Assembly (NCBI RefSeq): GCF_004010195.1
Contig: NC_057711.1
Span: 74,524,933-74,588,932 of the forward strand
Direction of reading: 5' to 3'
DNA: 64,000 nucleotides
From: Chiloscyllium plagiosum
Taxonomy: Eukaryota
The position numbers were made by a program, and so were the translations under genes. The notes beneath the pieces were generated by a model. The model did no database searches, was not told the origin of the DNA, and saw nothing but the letters and a program-made list of their open reading frames with translations. Shown piece after piece: positions 26,641 to 40,362 of this stretch (its first letter is position 1; each line of letters begins with the position of its first letter).

Positions 26641-27474
26641 TCCCGGTTCCTACTGCCTCAGCAAGTCCTGGACTGGTATCCGAGACTAGCTTTGACTTAC
26701 TATGTGATGAGTTCGGAAAGATGGGAAGCTTGAATATTTCTGAGGCAATCATGGCTTTCACAAGATATTTAACAAGTGTTCAGCTGGGTCACTTTGTATC
26801 TTACTGCTGCCTAGCTAGAAACTCACCATGCCATTTATCAATAGCATACAACCTTGACTTTGCAATGGGCATCACAAAACATGTTTTTTTTAGTTCAATG
26901 ATATACTTCACTCATTTAAAAATCTTTATGTACATATAGTTATTAAAGCAGTGCAGTTCTGTGCAATCTTTGGATATGGAAAACAAATAAACATTGGGAT
27001 TTGACTTACTCTACAGTTGCAACAAACTCAAAGACCTTTCTTACTTAAGCAAGATACTTTTTACATGCATTTGAGGCTTTGGGAGAGTCTGCAGCATATG
27101 TTACCTGATTCCACATCTTTCTGTAACCGTAATCCTCTAACCCCAATACAGTTCCACCCAGACTAATTCATGTAATCTCAACTTTGTGCTCTGACCACAG
27201 AAGCTTCCTTTAGAAGTACACTAACAAGTACACTCACCAAGTGCTCTGTGCACTAAGTGTGAAGGACAGGCAACTAACTCAACAATTCCACATGTGGAAA
27301 TGCCCACTGACTCAAGCACCAATTAACAAATTAAAGAACTGTTAGCCAAGCTTTTCATCCAATCAGGAGTCTTGCCATTGAAGTCCCAGTCAGAGGCTGG
27401 CAACTTCTGTGACTGGGAGATTATTGCTGAAGATCAAAACTGTGAGGCCGTGAGTGGCTGCACGGGTGAGAAGG

Positions 27475-28010
27475 TAAATATAGAAACGTCAAAGCTGGGA
27501 GCAGGAAGATGCCATTTGGCCCTTCGAGCCTTCTCTGCCATTAAGCATGATCATGGCTGATTGTCCAACTCAATAGCCTAATCCTGCTTTCTCTCCATAG
27601 CCTTTGGTCCCATTTACCCCAAGTGCAATAACTAGCCATCCCTCGAATACATTCAAATGGTTTCATTCAGTGGCTATTCAAGGGAGGTGGTGAGAGATGG
27701 GAAGGTCCAATGTGCTCAGATGCTAAAGGAAAGGGTGTGACTTGAGTGGCCATGCACTGGCTCTCTATACTTCATACTTAAACAAATAGAGTCCCAACTC
27801 AGCAATCCGATGAGAAACAAACACTTTTTCCCACTGTTGGGAACACTGGTTGTCAGGTTGGTAACAAGTTGAGGTGCTGAAGTGACTGTTAATTCACCAC
27901 ATATGGATTTTAATTGTTTCCAAATTGAGAAGGACCTTCTGAGTCAATACTTAGAAGTTGAGATAGTAAGAAGAGACAAGTATCATTCCAGGGCCAATTT
28001 TCTCACTTAT
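27475..28010. mobile_element. CR1 3' end fragments (27475-27660 minus, about 27800-28010 plus)
   Basis: 'ggagcaggaagatgccatttggcccttcgagcc..gatcatggctga' antisense tail, plus a plus-strand decayed C-terminal segment. Confidence 0.65.
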
Positions 28011-28389
28011 TTGCTCTTTTTAGTACCAGTTCTAGGAAGAGGAAAAATTGTATCTGGCATTCATCCACATCATTAATAGCCAGTATTACTTGGTTGATTA
28101 TCTGTACCTGACTAACTCCAAGTGTGTGATGAATGAAATTTTCCTTCCTGAAATAGGTTTCTTCTTCAGTAGCCTTTCAACTCTTTCTCCTGAAAAAAAA
28201 ATGATTTCTTGCTTTCAACTTTCATGCTTTGCATCAACAGGTAGGTATTGTTATATTGTCCTTGCCTGTAATCAGTTCCCAGTTCCAGTCGTTAAACAAA
28301 TTCAAAGAAAAATCACAAATTATCATAAATAATCAGAACAAGTGAGAAGTGATTGCACCATGAAGAAATTAAGCTTGCTATTTAATGTA

Positions 28390-29420
28390 CTACACGCACA
28401 CGCACAGACACGCACATACACAGACTCACACACACACCCGTGCGTGCACGTGCGCACACACAAATACTCCCACACATACAGACACACAGACACAGACACA
28501 CACAGTCACATACACATGCGTGCGCAAACACACACACACATACAGACACACACACTCCCACACATGCGCGCACACACATACAGACACACATACAGACACA
28601 GACACACACACCACAGACAGACACACACTCTCACACACATAGACAGACACAGACACATAAAAAACAAACATGCACATACACACAGATACACACACACATG
28701 CACCTACACACAGACACACACACAGACACACATACNNNNNNNNNNNNNNNNNNNNNNNNNNNNNNNNNNNNNNNNNNNNNNNNNNNNNNNNNNNNNNNNN
28801 NNNNNNNNNNNNNNNNNNNNNNNNNNNNNNNNNNNNNNNNNNNNNNNNNNNNNNNNNNNNNNNNNNNNNNNNNNNNNNNNNNNNNNNNNNNNNNNNNNNN
28901 NNNNNNNNNNNNNNNNNNNNNNNNNNNNNNNNNNNNNNNNNNNNNNNNNNNNNNNNNNNNNNNNNNNNNNNNNNNNNNNNNNNNNNNNNNNNNNNNNNNN
29001 NNNNNNNNNNNNNNNNNNNNNNNNNNNNNNNNNNNNNNNNNNNNNNNNNNNNNNNNNNNNNNNNNNNNNNNNNNNNNNNNNNNNNNNNNNNNNNNNNNNN
29101 NNNNNNNNNNNNNNNNNNNNNNNNNNNNNNNNNNNNNNNNNNNNNNNNNNNNNNNNNNNNNNNNNNNNNNNNNNNNNNNACACACACACACTCCCACACA
29201 CCGACTCAGACACATAGACAGACACAGGCACACACACACACTCCCACACACAGGCACACACACACACACCAACTCACACAGACACACAGACACAGTCACA
29301 CACGCACACAGAAACATGCGCACAAAAACACTCAGACACATACACTCCCACACATACAGACACACAGACACAGACACACAAACACAGACACATAGACATA
29401 TAAACACACACACACGCACT
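28390..29420. repeat. Imperfect (CA)n/(CAGA)n microsatellite with assembly gap (N 28736-29179)
   Basis: Directly visible. Confidence 0.98.
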
Positions 29421-30900
29421 TACTTAGAATGAAGTTTAAAAAATTAAATGAATATTTAGAATGACTAAGATAAAAATGGGTTTAAAAAGGCAGGAGGGCA
29501 GCAGTGAACTGAACAATTTGAAATGAGTGGAACATTTGCTGAATATTATTTCAGGCTAACAACTGTAAAAGTAAATTGAACAAAACAAGCGAATGCTGGG
29601 AAGGTTTTGTTTCAGATCGTATTCTGAAAAGTTTGTGTACAATGAAACTATTCCTGATTCCCATGTCTGCCAAAAATGCCTCTGCCTTTGAGACACTTCA
29701 GTTCATGAAACCAGCATTCTGGCGGGAATTCTAGATGGCATTTGCAGAGCACATTCCCACCTCAGAGGAAAGGACAACTATCGGAGAGAGAGGGTATGAC
29801 TATCAGTGTATCAAGAGGAAGTTGAAAAGAGGTTAAGGGGAATGTTCCATAAACACTTGTCCTGTTGAACAAGGACAAAGTCCAACCACAATGCAGACCA
29901 ATACACGGTGGCTTTGAAGGATCTCTTCCAAAGTGTGGCTTGCAAGACTGGGAATCATAAGGGAATTTGTAGGGAAGAGCAAAACAGGAAAATTCTTCTG
30001 ATAGGGGACGGCCAGGAATTCTTTACTCCTGCAGGTAGACAATGTTACCCACAGCTATGAACACTAGTTCCAAAGGGTGTGTTATCAATTCACCCATTTG
30101 AGTAACGAACATCTGCATGTGGCTGTAATGGAAATTGGAAAAGGGGGTGAAGGTCTGTTGATCCTGTTCCCCACCAAAGCTCTCTGCCTCTGGAGTGACT
30201 CTTGCTGTTTCACCCATTGTAGGCTGCCTCTGTTCTCTAGTGAAAATGAAGTTCGCGTGTCTTTCTTTGCAGTAGTACGATTTCAAAATTAATTGATGTC
30301 TTCACTTCAGCCATGTTTCTTTAGTTTGCAGCAAATCTGTGTGAAGTTTAAGAGGAAGTATACTCTTATTAAGGAAATGCACAAGTAATAGAATAGTTCA
30401 GAATAATAGTTCAGAAGGGTGTTAAGTATGACAAAGACCACAGTAATAGATAGAGAGTGGTTGAGAGTAGAACTTGGGAAGTAAAAGGAGGAACAATATC
30501 AGCAAGCAATAATCAAGAGCAGCAATGGGGAAAATTTAAAATGGTGTTCTATGGACCCCATGAAAAATTTGGTTCACTAAATTGCAAAACATAAAAACAA
30601 ACACTGGTGAAACATTATGCATGAATTATGACTTATGGGAATGGAAATGGACATATGTTAAGATGATGGTAAAACTGGGAAGATGTCAACAGATTCAGGT
30701 GGAAGTTAAATAAAGCAAGCAGGAACTATGAAATGAAATGACTAAACAGCTTATTATAAATATTAAAATATTCTCCAGACACAAATAAAAAATGAAAGGA
30801 TGGAAGGGAGTAGAACTATAAAGGGATGTTTATGCAATTCTAGGCAGAAACAGTGAAGTGGCAAAAATATATGCCCAGATATGAAAAGAAGAGGCAAAAC

Positions 30901-31110
30901 AAAGTTAAAAATCACACAACACCAGGTTATAGTCCAACAGGTTTAATTGGAAGCACTAGCTTTCGGAGCGCGGCTCCTTCATCAGGTGGTTGACGAAGGA
31001 GCAGGGCTCCAAAAGCTAGTGCTTCCAATTAAACCTATTAGACTATAACCTGGTGTTGTGTGATTTTTAACTTTGTACACCCCAGTCCAACACCGGCATC
31101 TCCAAATCAT
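30901..31110. mobile_element. Foldback PLE-terminus element, family B
   Basis: Inverted arms 30901-30984 and 30991-31074 with a 6-nt spacer, then tail 'gtacaccccagtccaacaccggcatctccaaatcatg'. Confidence 0.85.
30954..30988 (-). ncRNA. Minimal type-I hammerhead ribozyme motif, core intact
   Basis: Minus strand: cac-CUGAUGA-a-ggagc-cgc-gcucc-GAAA-gCUA-gug. Stem I cac/gug, 5-bp stem II, palindromic AGCU stem III, predicted CUA cleavage triplet. Confidence 0.75.
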
Positions 31111-31212
31111 GCTTCTTGGTAACCTTATCATCTGGATCTCCCATTTCCTAAAGCTAGCTTGATCTGATGCCAAGTTAAATGTATTTTTAGATATTTGGCA
31201 ATAGTGATGTCT

Positions 31213-31600
31213 TGGAGATACTGAGGACTGCAGATGCTGGGAAGTCAGAGTCGATAAAAAGTGGAGCTGGAAAAAACACAGCGGGTCAAGCAGCATCAGA
31301 GGAGCGGGGGGACAATGTTTCATGTCAGAACCTCTCATGAGGACGAGGGAGGGAGAAGAGCCTGAGAAATAAATAGAAAGAGGTGGGTGGAGCTGGGGAA
31401 TGTTAAGTGGGAAGACGATAGGTGGATGCAAGTGGGGGGGTAATTGTGATTGGTCAGTGGGAAGGGTGGAGCAAATAGATGGGAAGGAAGCTGGACAGGT
31501 TAGGTCAGGTCAAGGGGGTGGGGTGAAGAGGGAGGGCCGGATATGGAATGAGGTGGGGTTTGGGGAGATTTGAAAGCTGATAAAGTCTATGTTAAGGCCT
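31213..31600 (-). mobile_element. PLE 3' fragment, family A-like
   Basis: Terminal 'gaggactgcagatgctgg' plus G-rich antisense 3' region. Confidence 0.8.
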
Positions 31601-31829
31601 TATGGAAATGTCAACAAGCAGCCTAATCAGCTAATCACAGTGAAGTGTCCTTAGAGACAGCAAACCAAATAGTAAAATTGTTACAAGTACAATAAAAATT
31701 GACCACCAAAATTTTTACTTCCATCGTTTGATTTTATTTTATCTGGGGATTTTCATGCATTAAAACAGTCTTAAAAAGAAAAAAAAGCACCTTTACTTAA
31801 GATGGCTTCAGTAATCACCAGAATACAGG

Positions 31830-32312
31830 TTGAGAGTCGAAAAAGGTGACACTGGAAATGTACAGCAGGTCAGGCAGCATCCAAGGAACAGGAGAATCAA
31901 TGCTATGGCCATGAGGCCTTCATCAGGAATGTGGAGAGAGAAGGGGGTTGAGAGATAAATAGGAGGGCAGGGGTAGTGCTGGGGGGAAGGTAGGTGGGAA
32001 GGCCATAGATGAATGCAGGTGGGGGGTAACTGAGACAGGTCAGTGAGAAGGGTGGAGTGGATAAGTGGGAAGGAAGATGGACAGATAGGACAGCTCATGA
32101 GGGTGGTGCCGTGTTGGAGGGTTGGATCTGGGGTGAGGTGTGGGGAGGGGAGATTTGGAAACTAGTGAAGTCAATATTGATGTGTGTCCCAAGGTGGAAG
32201 ATGAGATGTTCTTCTTCCAGTTGGCGGATGGATTTGATTTGGCGGTGGAGGAGGCCCAGAGCTTGTATGTCCTTGATGGAATGGGAGGGACAGTTGAATT
32301 GGCCGGCCACAG
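31830..32312 (-). mobile_element. PLE 3' fragment including GIY-YIG domain C-terminus
   Basis: ORF 32095-32310 gives FNCPSHSIKDIQALGLLH..RQLEEEHLIFHLGT..NIDF, followed on the minus strand by 'attcctgatgaaggcc'. Confidence 0.85.
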
Positions 32313-32686
32313 GATCTCCCTTATGCCAATTAAACCTGCTTTTGAAACCATCAGTAAATAAGAATCAGTCTGAATGCCTTTCCAAAAGCTGCAGATATTG
32401 GAATGAAAGACTTGTCTGTAGATCGTCCTGCTTGAAAATAAAACAATCAAGGGGATAGACAAATTAATTAGATTCCAAGCAGCTGCTTTTGGGCAGAGCA
32501 TAGACGGGTATGATGGATTTACATATCAGAACTAGCAGGCTTGCTCTTTCTCTCTCTTTTTCTCAACCCCTCGGAAGACAATGTTGAATGAAAAGAAACT
32601 CGGTGAATGAAAAGAAACTAAGAACTCAAAGTTATCTGCAAATTTTAATTCTAATATGGGTCATCAATTAAACAGCCATTATTCTG

Positions 32687-32895
32687 TAATAAAACCAAGA
32701 ACTGCAGATGCTGAAAATCTGAATAAAATCAGAAATTGCTGGAGAAACTCAGCAGGTCTGGCAGCATCCATGGAGAGAAGGCAGAGTTAATGTTCTGACA
32801 AAGGGCCACTCATTTCAAAACATTAACATTGCTTTCTTTCCACTGATGCTACCACACCTGCTAAGTTTCTCCAGCAATTTCTGTTTTGATTTCAG
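32687..32895. mobile_element. Foldback PLE-terminus element, family C, with 14-bp TSD
   Basis: 'cagaaattgctggagaaactcagcaggt' and 'acctgctaagtttctccagcaatttctg' are inverted. Flanks cag(c/t)cattattctg at 32673-32686 and 32893-32906. Confidence 0.8.
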
Positions 32896-33914
32896 TCATT
32901 ATTCTGCTATGGACAGTTAGTAGATTCCAATCAGAATAAAGAATGAACAAACTTGTAATTTGCTGCAACCCACAGGGTGGCTTTTATTCCAAAGCTGTGC
33001 ACTCTGTAAAAGCTCAGACAAGCCCAAACAAGCCTGTGAACATTGGCTGAACACTGACCAGTTCACATGACTAATATTTTAAAGTTGTAAGTGAACTCAC
33101 ATCAACTGTAATACATAACTGTTGTGATCTCAGATTAAATTTATCTATGAATATAAAAACTTTATAAACTTGCATTTTTTTAAATTTTCCTTTTGTATTA
33201 GATATCCACCTCTTTTTAAAATATGCATTGATGGTTGTGTGCAAACTTGACATTGCGTCTATTTTTTTCTCAGAATTATATTTTGATAAACATCCTTGTT
33301 ATTTCACTCAAGAAAACCTTTGTAATAGTGTCCTTGTTTTAACTGAAATGTAATTTGGCTGCATGTTATGAAGAAATATGTGGAGTGGCCAAACAAGGGG
33401 GTTAGAAAGAGAGCATGTCTCCTCACCTGGTTGTAGTAAAATGCACTTATTACCTTTCAATTTTTATTCAGTTTTGCAGATGGTGAAATAATTGACTAAG
33501 GTATTTTTGCATGTAATTGTAGAACAACTTGAAAGATCAGAATCGAGCTTTTCAAAAATCTTATGTAAACATTGTGAAATTATTATAATAGAAACATCTA
33601 ATCTTCACAAATATAAAACTAATTTTTCAATAGAGGTTTGTCAAAAATAATTATCAATTTAGTCCCCCATTTAAATGCGGATACACTTGATCCAACAAAT
33701 TGTCATTTTAACAAGGTGTTTGACAATGAGACTAAGGGCATGTTCTTGCCACTTCAGTGATTTGTAACTGATTTCAGATTTCAGTAGGCTTTGATGGTGC
33801 ACCTTATGGTGAAGCATAAAGTATCAACAGTAAAGACTTCAGTGAATTGCTGTCACCTCAAAGATATAATGATGGGGAATAATGCCTAATTTTTCAGCAA
33901 TGCAACTAAAGGTT

Positions 33915-34270
33915 TGTAGAATCATAGAATCCTTACAGTATGGAAGCACGCCATTCAGCATCATTGAGCCCACCCTGATTCTCCGAAGAGCATCCAACCA
34001 GATCCACCACATCCTTGTGTTTCCCATGGCCAATCCACCTAGCCAGCACCCACCCTGGACACCAAGGCCAACCTAGCATGGCCAACCCACCAAACTTACA
34101 CATCTTTGGGCTGTGGGAGGAAACTGGAGCACCTAATGAAACCTTCGCCGACACAGGGAGATTGTGCAAACTCCATATAAACAGTCACCCAAGGCTGGAA
34201 CTGAACCAAGTTCCTGGAGCTGTGAGGCAGCAGTGCTAACCACTGATCCATGTGCCACTCACTGTGCTGC
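33915..34270 (-). mobile_element. HE1-type SINE
   Basis: Antisense 'gctgtgaggcagcagtgctaaccactg' head, central domain and 'agaatcatagaatc' tail. Confidence 0.9.
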
Positions 34271-34299
34271 CCAGGTTGTGAGCAAACTATCTTGATTCA

Positions 34300-35200
34300 A
34301 GGGTGGACATGAATCAAATGGACTAATTTTTTAAAAAAGCTGATATACCCAAACTTAAATTGATGAAGGAGAAAAGTGAATAAAACATTCAAACTCAGAA
34401 TTCAAACCATTGGTCCTAGTGGATTGCATCCATGCATTCTAAAGTAATGTAGGGAAGAGAAAACATAGGCACTATTACATATATTCAATAATTTATCTAA
34501 AAAGCTTTGATACCAGTGTACTGGTGGAATACTAATGCCATATCTGAATTTAAGATGGGAGATAGAGTATTGCAGGGAATTATAGTAGTCAAATAGTCAG
34601 CTTAAAATGATAGTAGGATGAATAACAGAATCCCTACTCAAGGAAATTTAGAATGAAACAAAATGAAAGATATTCAGGATGGTTTTCAAACATGATACAT
34701 TGTTTAATCCATCTAATTGATTTTTTGAAGACTTAACAGAGAAAATAGACAAGGACAACTTTGCAGATGCAGTTGATCAAGATATGGTAAGAGGCCATAT
34801 GATAGGATAATAAATAAATGCAATATGTGTAGTCAGGGAAGAATTAGCATAATAGATAGATAGCTGGCTAAATGACAAAAAACTGAGAATAAGGTTAAAG
34901 GGTAACTGTTCAGAGTAAACAAGGATAGGAAATGAGGTCCCACAATAATCAGGGTACCAACATGTTTCACAATTTAAGTAATTGATTTAGAATTTGAAAT
35001 CAAAAGAATTTGCTGATACCAACAAATTTGGAGGGATAGTCAACAAATTACAAGAATACATTTAAAAATAATTGAGGATTGAGCATATAATTCAAAAATT
35101 AATTTCAGCACAATCAATTTAAGTGGGATTACATTTTGAGATCAAAACTCAGGAAGTCGCACGTTACCTAGAAATTTAGCTGTCAAGGGGAGGTGGGTTT
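34300..35200 (+). mobile_element. Old CR1 LINE RT fragment
   Basis: Decayed GP.GLHPCILK, LIDFFE and FADT motifs. Confidence 0.6.
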
Positions 35201-35329
35201 AATCAGATGAGGTTAAAGATCTAAAGGAGGTGACGGAGTCCAAAATCTGAGCTTCAAAGTAAGCTTTTTGTGTTTCATTTACAAAGTCCCACTTCATTCT
35301 GTATTCCAGCTTTCTGTAGTTGTTCCCTC

Positions 35330-36815
35330 TTAAATAATATTCAGCTTATCTGGTCACTGTTCCAAAATACAAATGTCACATTTGCTGCATTATATTCACT
35401 CACTTAACCTGTGTAGGATTCCTATTTAGGATAGAACATAGAAACATAGAAGATTGAAAAAATACAGCGCAGTACAGGCCCTTTGGCCCTCAATGTTGTG
35501 CCGATCCAAGCCCGCCTAACCTACACTAGCCCACTATCCTCCATATGCCTATCCAATGCCCGTTTAAATGCCCATAATGAGGGAGAGTCCACCACTGCTA
35601 CTGGCAGGGCATTCCATGAACTCACAACTCGCTGAATAAAGGATATTCCTATGTAGGATCTTTGAGTCTTCCTAACTCCTTGCCTTCCCACCTATTTTGT
35701 ACATTCATTTCCCTCATCCAATATTTATCGTAAATGATTATGGCCCCACACTGATCCCTCTGGAACTGCACTCATTGTAGATTACCATCCTCAAAATGCT
35801 TTGTTCCCCTAAATCTCTGCCTTATTTTAGTTAGCCAGTCCTTTATCTATGCTAATACACTGTGCCTAACATTATGCACTCTTATCTTATTCAAGAGACA
35901 TTATTCAATGCCTTTTGGAAATCCAAATATATTACATCTACTGGTTCCCCTCAATTTATCCTACTTACTACCTCCTCAAAGAATTGTAATAAACATGAAG
36001 GTCAAGTTGACTTGGCTTGATTACATTATGTATTTCTTAATGATCTGCTATTACTTCCTTCGTAATAGATTCAAACATTAGTCCAATGTCAAATGTTAAG
36101 TGAACTGCCATATTTATTTTTGCCCTCCCACTTTAAATAAGGGTGTTACATTGGCAATTTTTCAATCCTTTTGGAGTTTTTCAGAATCTAAGGATATTTG
36201 GTAGATTAGTAGCAATGCTTCTACTATCTCTGGAGTCAATTTCTTTAAAATCCTAGGATGTAACCCCATCAGATCCTGTGGTCCACTGGCCTTTAGTCTC
36301 AATAGCTTCCCTATCCTTCAGTGATAATTATTTGTTTCCTCCCCAGCTTTAGCTTTGGAATGCTAAGAATATCCTCTATAATGAAGACTGATGCAAAGCA
36401 TTTATTCAACTCTTGTGTAATTTCTTGGTTCCTCAATATTATTTCCACTATGTTCATCAAACCTCACTCTTCCCTTTTATACATACTTAAAGAAGCTCTT
36501 AATGTCCATTTTCATGTTACTACTTAGTTTGTCATCAGTTTATTTTCTCCTCTTTTTATCATCTTTTGATGGATTTTAATCCTTCAGCTTAATTCTTCTG
36601 CTGAATATTAAACATTGCCACATTGTATGTTTTGTTTTCACTCAGTATGATGCTATCCCCAATGATTCCATTAATCGTAGTCATTTCATCTTTTTTGTAG
36701 AGCCCTTCTTACTCCTGGGATATATATATATTTGTTCTGAATCATGAACAATTTTCTTGAATGCTTGCCATTGTTCCTCAACCCTCTTTTCTACTAAACT
36801 TCTCTCCCAGTCCAC
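35330..36815 (-). mobile_element. CR1 LINE (antisense) with a younger CR1 3' end nested at 35433-35644
   Basis: 'aatgccttttggaaatccaaata' (antisense of YLDFQKA). The nested piece is flanked by attcctat(t/g)taggat at 35418-35432 and 35645-35659. Confidence 0.8.
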
Positions 36816-36880
36816 TGTAAATTTGTATTTTAGAGAGAAGTGCCATTATCCATTTTTGTAAGAAAAGTAGAAATTCAGAA

Positions 36881-37117
36881 TGTAGTGATTGGAACAATCT
36901 CAGGCAGGTGGCTCTCCATTTGTATGAGTTCCCTGATTAGAGCTGTTAACCTGGTCTAAACATAGAGACCAGCTAACAGATATAAGCAGGAGTGTTCGGG
37001 ATTCTGCTCACTCTAGGAGCTGGCTCTGAACTAGCTGAGTCAGTGCGATATACTGTGCATGTGTAAATAAAGGCTGACTTGGTGAAGGGATACCAGCCAT
37101 TAGGCAGTTACTTCACA
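36881..37117 (+). mobile_element. Solo LTR with 5-bp TSD, inserted in a CR1
   Basis: Begins TGTAG, ends CA, and contains TATAA and AATAAA. cagaa is duplicated at 36876-36880 and 37118-37122. Confidence 0.7.
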
Positions 37118-37119
37118 CA

Positions 37120-38095
37120 GAATTACTTAAGTAGCACGAGATTGGGAAGTGTGAAACTACAAAGGGTGGCCTTGTGCATGAGTCACTAAACGTTAACATG
37201 CACATTGAACAAACAATTAAGACAACAAATATAGCAATAAAGCTGCCTTACTGCCTTGATGGGACAGCTCTTGCAATATTATCGGCAATTTCAGATTCCA
37301 TACCCAAGATATATTTTCCATTAAAACAGTGCAATACAAGTTCACTAGGGATGAAGGAATTGACCTATCAGAAAAGATTAAATAGACAGGAATTGTGTTC
37401 TCTGGAACTTAGAAGAGGTAATCTCTTTCAAATGTATGCAATTTTAAAATGATCAATAAGATGGCTGCAGGTATGACCTTTACCTGATACATGTCTAGAA
37501 CACCATGGGCTCAGTGGCTCAGTGGTTAGCACTGCTGCCTCACAGTGCCAGGGACCTGGGTTCAATTCCCGCCTCGGGCAACTGTCTGTGTGGAGTTTGT
37601 ATGTTCTCTCCGTGTCTGTGTGGGTTTTCTCCAAGTGCTCCGGTTTCCTCCCGCAGTCCAAAGATGTGCAGGTTAGGTGAATTGGCCACGCTAAATTAGT
37701 GTTAGGTGCATTAGTCAGGGGTGAATGTAGGGGAATGGGTCTGGGTGGGTTGCTCATCAGAGGGTCGGTGTGGACTTGTTGGGCCAAAGGGCCTGTTTCC
37801 ACACTGTAGGAAATCTAAAAAATCTAAAAGAACTAGAAGACTCTACATCAGGATAATGGTAGGCAATTTAGGACTAAAAAAAGGAAACATCTCTTCATCA
37901 GAGGAATTCCCTGCCTCAGAGAGCAATGGCAGATTGGTCATTGAGTATGCCTAAGACAGAGATTGAGAAATTTCTGTATATTAAACATTTAAAGGGATAA
38001 GATGGTAGTATATGATGATAGTGTTGAAGTACAAGGTCAGTCATGACCTCATTGAATGATGGAATGGGCTCAAAGGACCAAACAACCTACTACAG
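37120..38095 (+). mobile_element. CR1 3' region interrupted by HE1
   Basis: VHESLNVNMH and GMKELTYQKRLNRQELCSLELRRGNL..Y.ILK, plus 3' tail. Confidence 0.8.
37505..37830 (+). mobile_element. HE1 SINE, full length
   Basis: tRNA head, central domain and 'ttgggccaaagggcctgtttccacactgtag' tail. Confidence 0.95.
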
Positions 38096-38260
38096 AGAGT
38101 TTTGAGACACATAAGTACATATTAACACAAGTTAAACACATAAATAAAAAGCGGGCCATACCACAGTGCTTCACCAAAGACTCACTGATGATATTATCTA
38201 GTATGGTGATGAAACATCTGAAAACAAACCCTCCAGCTCAGTGAGCAAACTTACATCCAG
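38096..38260 (+). mobile_element. Short PLE terminus (older relative of the 63500 element) with degenerate hammerhead and 12-bp TSD
   Basis: ca-CTGATGA-t-attatc-tagtat-ggtgat-GAAAC-atc-tg at 38183-38220. Flanks aacctacta(c/t)ag at 38084-38095 and 38261-38272. The host CR1 tail resumes afterwards. Confidence 0.75.
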
Positions 38261-38769
38261 AACCTACTATAGCTCCTAGTTATTATGTTTTGATGTTTTC
38301 AGTCCTGAGCCAGATCATAAAGCATAAATTTAATAGTCTGATCTGGTTTCATAACATACCTCTTTCTGATTACGCAGTGAATTCCACATGGACTAAGCTT
38401 ATTTCTATATTTTGTCTCAAATATAGCCTTTTACAAGTATGCCCCTTACTGATCATGCAGTTTAAGAAATCTAAGTCTTATATGGATCCTCAGATGAGTC
38501 ACTAGCTGGTTTTGTAATTAGCATTATTAATTTTGTAATTGAATCAACTACTTTCAGTTGATTGACAAATGATTGTCATGACCAGGCAGCCCCTGTTTAT
38601 CAAAGGAATTCAACATACATATAGGTCAGTAGTTCTATGGCAGATTCTAACTTTTCATCTGTATTTAAATTTGTGAAAGGCTTTCCAAAAGTTAACATGG
38701 GAAGCAAATTTGCCACTACACGCTATTTATGTCTCACTCAAGTGTAGTCAGCTGGCAAAGCATCCTTTA

Positions 38770-39430
38770 AGATCAGACTGATTCCCGGGATTGTAGGGCT
38801 GATACATGAAGAGAGATTGAATTGGTCAGGATAATATTCACTGGAGTTTAGAAAAAATGATGGGGCCTGTAAACCTGTAAATATCTAACAGGAATAATAG
38901 AGTAAATGCAGGAAGGATGTTCTCAATGACTAGAGAGTGCAGAACTAGGGGGTCACTGCCTCAGGATTTAGAACATGGTTGAGGAGAAAAGTCTTTGCCC
39001 AGAGACTGGTGAGCCTGTGGAAGTCTCTGCCACAAAAAAAAAGTTGAGGCCAAAGCATTCAATGTTTTCAAGATGTCGTTAGATATAGTTCTTAGGTTAA
39101 AGGGATTAAAGAATCACATTGAATGAGGAGAAGACTTGAAAGTCTGAATGGCCTACTTCATTCTTATTTTTCCATGTCCCTATGTTAATTACCAGGCAGG
39201 TTGTCACACTTTAGGAAGAACACAAAGGCATTAAAGATTTTAGAAGAGATTTGTAAGAATAATTCCAAGGATGAGGGTTTCAGCAATGAAGGTGGATTGG
39301 AAAAGCTGGAACTGATTTCCTTGAAGAGTGAACTGAGAAAAGATCTGACTGAAATATTCAATGTCATGAAACATCTGGATAGAGCTGATCAGGAGAAAAT
39401 GTTTCGTTTATGAAAGAGGGTATAGATTTA
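38770..39430 (+). mobile_element. Two CR1 3' fragments
   Basis: LIPGIVGLIHEERL, then LEKLELISL..LRKDLTEIFNVMK.LDRAD.EKMF. Confidence 0.8.
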
Positions 39431-39814
39431 AATACAACAAGCTTTCTAATAATCTGCACCTTTGGGACCAGGAGTGTGCTGATGGATTGAATAATCCAGA
39501 TAATCAAGAGGTCCACATAATCGATATAAAAACACTTATTAATTAATAAAAACCTAATGCAGGGGATATATTGTTATACTTTATTTACAGCATTAATCAC
39601 TTAAATAATAATGCAACTATGCCTTAAAACTTATTGCGAGAGAGCCCTTTCACTTGCACCCTCAACTAACCTCTTGGGCATTTAGGTAGATTCTTGTATT
39701 TGAGGAGAAATTGACTCAAAACTGAATCAACTGTTGATATTTTGTCTGGCCATATCAGTTGAACAACAAATATATTTACATTGAGGTAAATAACTTTTTA
39801 AAAAAACTATAATA

Positions 39815-40137
39815 GTTAGATTAGATTACTTACAGTGTGGAAACAGGCCCTTCGGCCCAACAAGTCCACACCGACCCGCCGAAGCGTATAGCACCCAGAC
39901 CCATACTCCTACATTTACCTCTTCACCTAACACTACGGACAATTTAGCATGGTCAATTCACCTAACCTGCACATTTTTGGATTGTGGGAGGAAACCGGAG
40001 CACCCGGAGGAAACCCACGCAGACATAGGGAGAATGTGCAAACACCACACAGAGAGTCGCCTGAGGCAGGAAGTGAACCCGGGTCTCTGGCGCTGTGAGG
40101 CAGCAGTGCTAACCACTGTGCCACCGTGCCGCCCACA
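39815..40137 (-). mobile_element. HE1 SINE, full length
   Basis: Antisense consensus head 'gctaaccactgtgccaccgtgccgcccac' and (TTAGA)n tail. Confidence 0.95.
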
Positions 40138-40362
40138 AATAATTTGACTGAATAATGCAGTATTTGAGGTATATAATGTTTGCCAGTCTATCAAGAGTGC
40201 CAGTTCATCAGGAGCTGGTCAAAACAAAGTTTGCTGTAATTAGTAAAAGAATCAAAAGAGGAATGAGAAAAAGCTTTGCATACCTTGGCTTAGGAGTGCA
40301 TTGTCTGACAGTGTACTACAGGAAAGTTCAATTGGGACATTTGATAAAAAATTAAATGGCTA

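Noticed and set aside
28342..29432. Long His/Thr-rich and Cys/Val-rich ORFs
   Set aside because: They are translations of a (CA)n microsatellite and an N gap.
29520..30300. Possible decayed Gypsy gag or DDE fragment
   Set aside because: The motifs are too degraded to assign.
39433..40222. Older Tigger-like element around the HE1
   Set aside because: The TIRs are too degenerate to confirm.
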